Virus record (IMG/VR): IMGVR_UViG_3300043772_001024
Location: 47,743 to 111,742 of that record
Source: a virus
Length of the DNA stretch: 64,000 bases
Reading direction: 5' to 3' (one strand)
Positions 49,981-57,002 of the stretch are shown one piece after another. The stretch's first letter is position 1. Each line of letters opens with the position of its first letter. Under the pieces are notes generated by a model that had not been told where the DNA came from, did not search any database, and was given only the letters and a program-made list of their open reading frames with translations. A program made the position numbers and the translations under genes.

Positions 49981-49997
49981 TATGCAAATATAATAAA

Positions 49998-50630
49998 TTA
50001 TTCTGTATCATAAAACATTCTTTCAGAATCTTCTGTATGCCACTTATCAAAACCCTCACAATTGTACCACTCTTTGTTAACCAGATAGTCAGGTTTCTCA
50101 GGGAAAGGCTTGGTTACAAAGCTTGGCTCTGACCACTTGATCCGGTTATTAGGTTGTAGAGCAATCTGTCCATTATCTAAAAGTATTATGTGATGGCTCT
50201 TATGCTCCATAGGATCTTCTGCTAGAGATAGATCTGTGTTAGGATCATTAGACCCCCAGTTAATAGTAGCATAGTAACTACCCTGGTAGAACTTATGGTC
50301 CTTCATATACACTTCTACTTTGGTATCATACAGATATGACAAATGCAGTAGAGTAAACTTGTAGGAGAAACAGTTCCAGATCTGCAGATAATGAAAAGGT
50401 AAATCTGGATCCGGTAACTTAGGTTCTGTCAATAGGGCATGGGATGGTAGTTTATCTCTGAGAACTCCATTCTCAAGGAGCACCTGGAACAATGCAGCTT
50501 GTCCCGGCATACACCTTACTGAAATAACTACCCCCGGGGTAAATTCCCCCAGACCTTTCTTACCCTGATACATATACTCATTCCTAACAAACACCTTGAG
50601 AGGAAAAAAATTGTGTTCTATATAAGCCAT
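49998..50630 (-). CDS. Conserved phage protein of unknown function (start MAYIEHNFFP)
   Basis: ATG at 50630, 4 nt after TATATTTG; the longer track ORF would cross a terminator. Confidence 0.7.
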   Translation of the reverse strand: MAYIEHNFFPLKVFVRNEYMYQGKKGLGEFTPGVVISVRCMPGQAALFQVLLENGVLRDKLPSHALLTEPKLPDPDLPFHYLQIWNCFSYKFTLLHLSYLYDTKVEVYMKDHKFYQGSYYATINWGSNDPNTDLSLAEDPMEHKSHHIILLDNGQIALQPNNRIKWSEPSFVTKPFPEKPDYLVNKEWYNCEGFDKWHTEDSERMFYDTE

Positions 50631-50641
50631 AGTACAAATAT

Positions 50642-50709
50642 AAAAAAAATCCTGGACTGTAACATCCAGGACTTTCCACCCAGTCCGTTGACCAGGAAAC
50701 ACATATCTA
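50642..50709 (-). ncRNA. Candidate sRNA B
   Basis: TATATTTG (50714-50721) upstream, TCCTGGA/TCCAGGA hairpin plus U8. Confidence 0.45.
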
Positions 50710-50722
50710 ATTACAAATATAC

Positions 50723-50794
50723 AAAAAACCCCGGTACATTATACCAGGGCTTCTTGCTCATCAATTTAGTTTTTAATTATGTCACCATAATCCT
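50723..50794 (-). ncRNA. Candidate sRNA A
   Basis: TATATTTG (50799-50806) upstream, CCCTGGTA/TACCGGGG hairpin plus U6; only a 3-codon ORF. Confidence 0.45.
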
Positions 50795-51175
50795 AGAACA
50801 AATATACCAACTTATTTTTAACTACCAAATTTTATAGCATGTGATGGCTATTGATTTTATTATAAGTAGTAGCATGTGATGGGGTATGTATGGATGAGCC
50901 CCACCCTCAGCCAGAATTGGTGGTACCCCCCATGAAATCTATACAGATTAAAACTTTTTGGGTATGAAAATAATATTTTTTGTACAGGTAAAAGTATCTG
51001 TTAACAGTCTATGATCTAGCTACAACTTAGTACTATGATTAGTATAGTATAGTATGTATATAAGACACAAGCACAGGTGGTACTGGCAACCATGTCTATA
51101 TATCTAGCTGGCAAGCAACCAACAACATTGTATATATACAGCTCTATACTATTATTAAATATAAAATTAATAGTT

Positions 51176-51340
51176 ATGGATAACACTTGCCCAACATGTA
51201 ATATGGAATATGATATAGATATCAATTTCAATGAAGAAACCAACTCATATGATGCAGTTAAAAAATGTATTTGTGATTATATGAACATGTTCTATGAACA
51301 TGATTCACAAATGGAAAAAGAATATGAGTTACCCTTTTAG
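51176..51340 (+). CDS. Small early protein (CxxC..CxC; ends ELPF)
   Basis: ATG 41 nt after the motif start; MDNTCPTCNMEY...EKEYELPF. Confidence 0.7.
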   Translation: MDNTCPTCNMEYDIDINFNEETNSYDAVKKCICDYMNMFYEHDSQMEKEYELPF

Positions 51341-51401
51341 GGTAGCTTATATTTATGTTATATACAGCTCATTACTATTATTAATTATAAAATTAAACAT
51401 T

Positions 51402-51590
51402 ATGAAAGTATTTGGATTATTTAATATGGTTGCTGCTTATATATGCACCATAATTTGTATTGTTAGTGTAACATATTATGTAGCATTTGAAGCTATGTAT
51501 GCTAATGCGTTTATCATGTCTTTAGCAGGATTTGCTATGTTTATGGTAGCAAGAACATTACACACTGAATGGAGACAAGGGAAGCTATAA
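51402..51590 (+). CDS. Small early membrane protein
   Basis: MKVFGLF..., two hydrophobic helices, ATG 41 nt after the motif start. Confidence 0.7.
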   Translation: MKVFGLFNMVAAYICTIICIVSVTYYVAFEAMYANAFIMSLAGFAMFMVARTLHTEWRQGKL

Positions 51591-51654
51591 GGCTTCTCTT
51601 TCTCTTTGTGTATTATACAGCTTTTCACTAGTATTAATCTTAAAACTAAATATC

Positions 51655-51723
51655 ATGGTATCTTATGTAATCATCAATGGAATTGTAACAGTTAAAGAAT
51701 GGGTATTAAATCCCAATGCTTAA
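51655..51723 (+). CDS. 22 aa early peptide (not in ORF track)
   Basis: MVSYVIINGIVTVKEWVLNPNA; own motif 41 nt upstream and own hairpin terminator downstream. Confidence 0.6.
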   Translation: MVSYVIINGIVTVKEWVLNPNA

Positions 51724-51798
51724 CTTGAAGTGTCACTTTAATAGTGGCACTTTAACTTTTTGATATACAGCTTATTACTAATCTTAAATTAAACAATT

Positions 51799-52017
51799 AT
51801 GATAGCACAGATTATTTTTATTTGGTATCTCATTACAGGGACTGTAGTGTACCAACATGATGTTGAAGGTAGACAAACTTATGCTCTATTCTTTCCTGAT
51901 GGGAAGGTAGTTGATTATGCTTATAAGGCAGAAATCATAGAGTATATAGAGACCGGAACATTTGAGTATGATGAAACTTTGGAAGACAAAGTTACTGATG
52001 CAGATAAGGGGGAGTAA
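51799..52017 (+). CDS. Small early protein
   Basis: 72 aa in a motif-ORF-hairpin cassette. Confidence 0.7.
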   Translation: MIAQIIFIWYLITGTVVYQHDVEGRQTYALFFPDGKVVDYAYKAEIIEYIETGTFEYDETLEDKVTDADKGE

Positions 52018-52069
52018 TCCCCTTTATACTTATACAGCTTTTAACTAGTATTAATTAAAACTATATATT

Positions 52070-52342
52070 ATGGAAACAAGAATTGACAAAAGTGAAGTTA
52101 CTCAAAGTTTATTAAACAGAATGAGTTATCTAGATAAACATACTATGGTATGTATGATACAGATACTTCAATCAAGAATAAACCTTCCTGATAGTGCTTA
52201 CACTAAATGGGGTAATGAGGCTTGGATAAGACATGTTGCAGATGCACTTAATGAGTATCTGGATATCAAAGAAAAGAATGATAAAAACATGAGAGCAGCA
52301 TTAGCTAATATGCAAGATGCCTATGAGAATCCAGAGTATTAA
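52070..52342 (+). CDS. Small early protein
   Basis: 90 aa in a cassette. Confidence 0.75.
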   Translation: METRIDKSEVTQSLLNRMSYLDKHTMVCMIQILQSRINLPDSAYTKWGNEAWIRHVADALNEYLDIKEKNDKNMRAALANMQDAYENPEY

Positions 52343-52408
52343 GGGGGAGTAATCCCCTTTTTTTTCTTTTATACAGCTTTTTACTAGTATTAATTAAAAC
52401 TATATATT

Positions 52409-52705
52409 ATGACAGATTTTATTCATACAGGTTGGTGGGCACCTACATTAACTACCACTGAAGATCCTTTGTTAAAAGTTATTGAAAGAGACAATGGTGT
52501 TTCTTGGACTATAACCTTTTATGTAGGAGAACACATCATAGATTGTATTAACATGGAATGGTGTCGTGGTACTAAATTAGACAAGGATGTCCTTAGACTT
52601 CCTGTGTATAGTGATGAAGGTATATACTTAGGTAGCCTTGCCAAAAGATTGGAAGATGCTATTAATGTGATGTATCCTGAACCTATGTTCAAGACAGGGG
52701 AGTAA
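52409..52705 (+). CDS. Small early protein
   Basis: 98 aa in a cassette. Confidence 0.75.
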   Translation: MTDFIHTGWWAPTLTTTEDPLLKVIERDNGVSWTITFYVGEHIIDCINMEWCRGTKLDKDVLRLPVYSDEGIYLGSLAKRLEDAINVMYPEPMFKTGE

Positions 52706-52790
52706 TCCCCTTTTTTTGTATAAGGTGCTTTGCACATCTTGTTTATACAGCTTTTTACTGCTTGGAGTATTAACCAATAAATTATTTATT

Positions 52791-53102
52791 ATGAAAGTTC
52801 AAGGAACATTAGTGTCAGTTAGCAACACAGTAAAAACAGCTAACAGTGAGAATGCATCTGAATACCGCACTTGTGTAGTTAAGTTAGCAGACGGTAACAA
52901 CTACTTTGCAAAGATTTGGGAAAAGAGCTTCCAAAGAGGTGTTGAGATTGGTGCTGAATATACCGTTGAGGGTCAACAAGACGGTGACAATATTTGGTTA
53001 ACCGTGTTGAATGGTGCAGATGCCCAAGTTGCTACTGTTGCCAACCTTGGTGCATTGTTTGGTGTTGCACAAAACACTCTTGCTGAAGAACCATTGTTCT
53101 AA
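52791..53102 (+). CDS. OB-fold-like early protein (possible ssDNA-binding)
   Basis: MKVQGTLVSVS...YRTCVV...AKIW...GVEIGAEYTVEG; acidic-hydrophobic tail EEPLF. Confidence 0.6.
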   Translation: MKVQGTLVSVSNTVKTANSENASEYRTCVVKLADGNNYFAKIWEKSFQRGVEIGAEYTVEGQQDGDNIWLTVLNGADAQVATVANLGALFGVAQNTLAEEPLF

Positions 53103-53185
53103 TGTGAGTAATATAGCCCGTACATAGTGCGGGTTATATTTTTTTTATAAAGGCCTTCGGCAACTTGTTTGTACAGCTTTATACT

Positions 53186-53305
53186 TTTGTGGGTTGAGTA
53201 TGGTGGAATTGCACAATAAGTGCATACTCAACCCTGTTGCACTGTTTATTAAGTGCACATAATGGAGATGAGTGTGTGTGATGATGTGATAATCTCTCCA
53301 CTATT
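53186..53305 (+). ncRNA. Candidate structured early RNA
   Basis: Eighth promoter motif followed by a perfect 12-bp stem (53191-53202/53223-53234) and further stems, with no ORF. Confidence 0.4.
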
Positions 53306-53520
53306 CTTTGGGTCATATCTAGTGTTCAGAATCTAGTAAAATCCCATATAACTATAGATATATATGGCTACACAACCATATCTATACAACACACATCTAG
53401 TCTACCTTACTATATTACTTATTACTATTATATCTATTAGTATTAGTTAGTGTTGGACAGCAATATCTTCCGGAATTAGTTTTCCGCCACTATATATGAT
53501 TATTAACCTGATTAAAATTT

Positions 53521-53892
53521 ATGATTATGAACTCAATGCACAAAGCTATTGAAGCAGCTAAAGTCTGGAACATGACTCCACAAGAAAAACAATTGTATTA
53601 TTACAAACAATCTCATAGACCAGAGAACAAAGATGTCTTTGATAAACCAAATGACAAAGGTAACTATGGTACTAGAAGAAGATCTAGACCATGGGATAAC
53701 TGTTGGTTTAGTAATAAACCACATATTATATCTCTTACTATAGAAGAAGCAATTAGTAAGCATCCGGATTATATGTTGTGGTGCTACAAAAACTTAAGTA
53801 TCAAATGGTCTGTACATACTGTAAGATTATTTGACAAACTACAACCAAAAACTAAAGTAATGACTGCTTCTACATTTATGTCATTAGTTTAA
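53521..53892 (+). CDS. Hypothetical protein
   Basis: 123 aa ORF with an A-rich leader. Confidence 0.65.
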   Translation: MIMNSMHKAIEAAKVWNMTPQEKQLYYYKQSHRPENKDVFDKPNDKGNYGTRRRSRPWDNCWFSNKPHIISLTIEEAISKHPDYMLWCYKNLSIKWSVHTVRLFDKLQPKTKVMTASTFMSLV

Positions 53893-53897
53893 ACTAA

Positions 53898-54200
53898 ACA
53901 TTGCAGTTATAAGAGGAAACCTGTTGAGGTAGTGAACGTAATCTTATAGCTGTAGTGTATTATTTAACTTATAGAAACTTAATTAATATTTTCTGTTAGG
54001 CAGGGTGATACCCATGAGTCCTGACTAAATGAGTCGGGAAACAACACCGCTAGGGTGCCCACTCCGTTGCTAATGCCAACTAGAAGGACTTAATCACTCC
54101 AGCATAAAAGCACCTCTGTCACTGTGTATACATACAGTTTATCCTTTGTTTCTCAAAGGTGCATTCACAGGCTTTATAGTAAGGTTTGCCTGTGTTTTTT
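53898..54200 (+). ncRNA. Candidate multi-domain structured RNA
   Basis: 17-bp stem with 3 GU pairs (53898-53914/53942-53958), several GC-rich hairpins, terminal terminator. Confidence 0.45.
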
Positions 54201-54226
54201 AATTAGTAATTTAAAAACAAATAAAT

Positions 54227-54460
54227 ATGAATGCAACTATGATTAACAACAGGGAGTATGTAGAAACTCAACACCACTTTAGTTCTTTAATAGATCAAGA
54301 GCTATTAGAGAAAGCTGGTAAATTCTACCGGGAACCACTATCAGACACAGACAGGAGAAGAATACTCTCTATGGATCTAACTGATAAGCTATGGTTATTG
54401 CAACAGTATAAGGATGAAGAAAAGATATTTCCTCCTGCAGATTTTGATAATATTTATTAA
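54227..54460 (+). CDS. Hypothetical protein
   Basis: 77 aa. Confidence 0.65.
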   Translation: MNATMINNREYVETQHHFSSLIDQELLEKAGKFYREPLSDTDRRRILSMDLTDKLWLLQQYKDEEKIFPPADFDNIY

Positions 54461-54476
54461 TTCATTAACTTACAGT

Positions 54477-54608
54477 ATGAAAACATCAGCAGTAATTATC
54501 CTATGGTTTGCAGCAGTTACTACAATAGCAATATTATTTGCTAGCTGTGGTACAAGTAACCATGCTTGTGATGCCTACGGTCAGGTAGACACAGAAGAAA
54601 GAATTTAG
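54477..54608 (+). CDS. Small lipoprotein
   Basis: MKTSAVIILWFAAVTTIAILFASC lipobox, then GTSNHACDAYG. Confidence 0.65.
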   Translation: MKTSAVIILWFAAVTTIAILFASCGTSNHACDAYGQVDTEERI

Positions 54609-54647
54609 TACTTAGTACTAATTAGTATTACAGGAGCCAGGAAATAC

Positions 54648-54935
54648 TTGGCTCCTTTTTTATTGTATAAACTTATGATTATGAAAAAGTTAGAAGAATT
54701 GGAATTGAAAAGAGAACATTATCAAACTCAACTAGAAGAACTTCATTTTAATGAACCTAGTGAGTCATGGTATAAAATAAGAAGATCTGAACTAGAGTTT
54801 CAGATAGCTAATATGGATGAAGCTATAGAAGATGAGAAAGAGTCATTAAGACAAGAAAGAGTAATAGGTAATGTCTTTATTATTGTCTTATATGCATTAG
54901 TAGTAACAGGATTAGGAATTTTAATATTTATGTAA
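54648..54935 (+). CDS. Coiled-coil protein with C-terminal TM helix
   Basis: True start probably MIMKKLEE; C-terminal hydrophobic helix. Confidence 0.6.
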   Translation: MAPFLLYKLMIMKKLEELELKREHYQTQLEELHFNEPSESWYKIRRSELEFQIANMDEAIEDEKESLRQERVIGNVFIIVLYALVVTGLGILIFM

Positions 54936-54937
54936 AA

Positions 54938-55210
54938 ATGAAAAAGTTATTTATGATTGTGGCACTTATGATTGCCGGAGTTGGTTACTCACAAAACTTA
55001 CCAAAGAATCTTACTAAGAGTGAGAAGAAATTTGTAAACAATGTAATAGAACTCACTAATGATGTTCTAGTGGATGTAACTAAAAGAAAAGATGGTGTAA
55101 TTGTAGTAGAATTTTGGAATACTATGTACACTCTCACAGAAAATGGTTATATTGATCAAATGTGGATCCTTGAAGATGAGGATTGGATGGCATTAGGTAG
55201 AGAGTATTAA
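54938..55210 (+). CDS. Secreted protein (signal peptide)
   Basis: MKKLFMIVALMIAGVGYSQ, a Bacteroidetes-type SPI signal ending before Q. Confidence 0.7.
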   Translation: MKKLFMIVALMIAGVGYSQNLPKNLTKSEKKFVNNVIELTNDVLVDVTKRKDGVIVVEFWNTMYTLTENGYIDQMWILEDEDWMALGREY

Positions 55211-55226
55211 CCTTTAAATCAGAAAA

Positions 55227-55352
55227 ATGAAAGTAAAAAAAGATTATTATATGGGTATAGAAGAAGACCTATCAGCAGGTTCATTGATTAGTTTCTTTTT
55301 AGTTGGAATATCTATTATTACAATTGCAACAGTTGTATTACTCAACTTTTAA
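55227..55352 (+). CDS. 41 aa membrane peptide (not in ORF track)
   Basis: MKVKKDYYMGIEEDLSAGSLISFFLVGISIITIATVVLLNF. Confidence 0.55.
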   Translation: MKVKKDYYMGIEEDLSAGSLISFFLVGISIITIATVVLLNF

Positions 55353-55363
55353 ATCAGAATAGA

Positions 55364-55642
55364 ATGAAAACAGCAATGCAAGAATTAAAAAGTGATTTAG
55401 TACTTACTAAAGAAACTACTAAAAATTCTTTCTTAGAAATTGAAAACCAAGAAATAAGGAAAGTGTGTATAGGAGTTGTTGAAATAACTTTAAATGCTAT
55501 TATTAAAAGAATTGATACAGAGCTATTAGCAATGGAGAAAGAGCAGACAATAGATACTTGGAATAATGCTATCAATGCAGTTGAAAAAGATAAGTGGGAA
55601 TCATTTGAACAATACTACAAAGAAACCTTTAAATCAGAATAG
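55364..55642 (+). CDS. Hypothetical protein
   Basis: 92 aa; MKTAMQEL...MEKEQ.ID...YYKETFKSE. Confidence 0.7.
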   Translation: MKTAMQELKSDLVLTKETTKNSFLEIENQEIRKVCIGVVEITLNAIIKRIDTELLAMEKEQTIDTWNNAINAVEKDKWESFEQYYKETFKSE

Positions 55643-55643
55643 A

Positions 55644-55730
55644 ATGAACAGAAGAACTATTATAGCTATTATATCATTTATATTAGGTTTTATTATAAAT
55701 CAAATTATTTTGTATATAATTATTAACTAA
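55644..55730 (+). CDS. 28 aa hydrophobic peptide (not in ORF track)
   Basis: MNRRTIIAIISFILGFIINQIILYIIIN between two junction repeats. Confidence 0.45.
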   Translation: MNRRTIIAIISFILGFIINQIILYIIIN

Positions 55731-55748
55731 CATTTAAATCAGAATAAT

Positions 55749-56168
55749 ATGGAAAAAGAATTTGTACCTTATGAGTTAGCTTTAAAGATAAAGCAAATTG
55801 GATATAAAAAAGAAGGTGTTGATGAAGACTGCTTTGCTTTTTATGATGAAGAGGAATATCTATTTACTGTAAGAGAACAAGATGACATTAATGAAGAATG
55901 GTTAATTGCACCAACATTCTCACAAGCATTTAGATGGTTTAGAGAGAAACATGGTTTGTTTGTAGCTCCAGCTGCTGCTTCATATGAAAATGGCCTATAT
56001 TTATGGTTTTTTGAAATAAATTCAACAGTATTACCATTTGGAACTGGTTTGGGTACAACTGATGATTTTAAAACTTATGAAGAAGCAGAAACAGCTTGTC
56101 TCCAAAAGTTAATTGAAATTGTAGAACAAACACATGCTGAGATGATAGATCATGGCGTGTATAAATAA
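55749..56168 (+). CDS. Hypothetical protein
   Basis: MEKEFVPYELAL.LK..G...APTFSQAFRWFREKH...TYEEAE.ACL.KLIEI. Confidence 0.75.
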   Translation: MEKEFVPYELALKIKQIGYKKEGVDEDCFAFYDEEEYLFTVREQDDINEEWLIAPTFSQAFRWFREKHGLFVAPAAASYENGLYLWFFEINSTVLPFGTGLGTTDDFKTYEEAETACLQKLIEIVEQTHAEMIDHGVYK

Positions 56169-56718
56169 AACAAAAATGGCAAGAGTAGCAAAAGCAATGA
56201 AAAAAGATCTAGTTGAAGCAAAAAAAGCTTGTGTAGGCAAAAAGATGGAAGGATTTAAGTTTGCTGATACTAAAAATACTAAGTATGCTAGTTGTATGAA
56301 TGAATACATTGGTAGACTGGGTAAAATTACAGAGTACAATGAGAAAACTGATGAGTTCAAAGTAGAGTTTAAAGATGACTACTGGTTTTATCCAGCTAAG
56401 TTAGGCTTGAAACATATTGTAGAAGAATCTGATGTGGTTATAGAAAATGTAACTGAAGAAGAAATTGATGATGCATATGTAAAAATGCTTAAGGAAGAGA
56501 TAGCAGATTTATCAGCTAGATTAGATGGTGCTTATAAAGAACAGGAAGAAATGCTTGAAGAGTTAAGCTCATGGCTAAAACCATTTCCTAGTGCTTTTAC
56601 AAAGCTTCAGGAACATGCTGGTGTAATTACTCCGGAAGATGTTACTTATCACACAAATCTTATTCTTAAGATTATGGAACATAAGTTTGGTTATAAACCT
56701 AAAATGGTAGAGCTTTAA
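56152..56718 (+). CDS. Hypothetical protein
   Basis: 188 aa (start probably MARVAK). Confidence 0.65.
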   Translation: MACINKTKMARVAKAMKKDLVEAKKACVGKKMEGFKFADTKNTKYASCMNEYIGRLGKITEYNEKTDEFKVEFKDDYWFYPAKLGLKHIVEESDVVIENVTEEEIDDAYVKMLKEEIADLSARLDGAYKEQEEMLEELSSWLKPFPSAFTKLQEHAGVITPEDVTYHTNLILKIMEHKFGYKPKMVEL

Positions 56719-56892
56719 AGAAATGTGTTGTCCCTTGAGAAAGGAATGTTAAGTAGTCTGCCAGATACCAACACAGAGGGCTTCTCATCCTCAAGACACA
56801 TAAACTTCAGTTCCCACACAGTGGTGAGATGGGCTAAGTTATATACAATTTCTCGGAGCTGGAAGTAGAAAGCTGAAGAGTGTGTCTTTTAT

Positions 56893-57002
56893 AGTCCCAT
56901 AGCTCAGTTGGTAGAGCGGAACCTCTGAAAATGTAAAGGATAGCCTGTTAGGGCATGCAATACATCAGGTTCAGGTCACAGGTTTGAATCCTGTTGGGAT
57001 TA
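56893..57002 (+). tRNA. tRNA-like gene (Phe-GAA-like) with a ~35 nt insertion in the anticodon loop
   Basis: Acceptor AGTCCCA/TGGGATT, D-arm GCTC-AGTTGGTA-GAGC, stem GAACCT/AGGTTC, variable loop AGGTC, T-arm ACAGG-TTTGAAT-CCTGT; no encoded CCA. Confidence 0.7.

Larger units (their letters stand above)
49890..50806 (-). promoter_or_regulatory. Five Bacteroidetes-type -7 promoters (TATATTTG)
   Basis: CAAATATA on the + strand at 49890, 49985, 50635, 50714, 50799; matches the TAnnTTTG consensus. Confidence 0.65.
52009..52710 (+). terminator. Three identical GGGGAGTAATCCCC hairpin terminators
   Basis: At 52009, 52344 and 52697; GTAA (GNRA) loop, followed by T runs. Confidence 0.8.
51135..53185 (+). 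repeat. Eight copies of TRTACAGCT-N4-ACT (putative phage early promoter)
   Basis: Copies start at 51135, 51361, 51614, 51764, 52031, 52370, 52744, 53170; the first seven start 35-47 nt before an ATG. Confidence 0.85.
55213..55744 (+). repeat. Four TTTAAATCAGAA gene-junction repeats
   Basis: At 55213, 55348, 55628, 55733, each immediately before an ATG. Confidence 0.8.

Noticed and set aside
35-50132. Plus-strand ORFs in the late arm and minus-strand ORFs in the early arm
   Set aside because: They are antisense shadows of longer genes, with no leaders and atypical composition
50631-50702. N-terminal extension of the 49998 ORF given in the track
   Set aside because: It starts at a non-ATG codon and crosses a terminator and a promoter; ATG 50630 is more plausible
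51135-53185. CRISPR array
   Set aside because: Repeat spacing is irregular (about 150-430 nt) and the intervening DNA is coding; no cas genes (the PD-(D/E)XK nuclease is the usual TerL neighbour)
53996-54092. SAM-I-like riboswitch (CAAC..GGTGCC..TCC)
   Set aside because: Missing the P1 AUC/GAU core and kink-turn; resemblance is superficial
56720-56795. Twister ribozyme (GTCCC...GAGGG after a stem)
   Set aside because: Lacks the UAA cleavage junction geometry and the conserved AAGC pseudoknot segment
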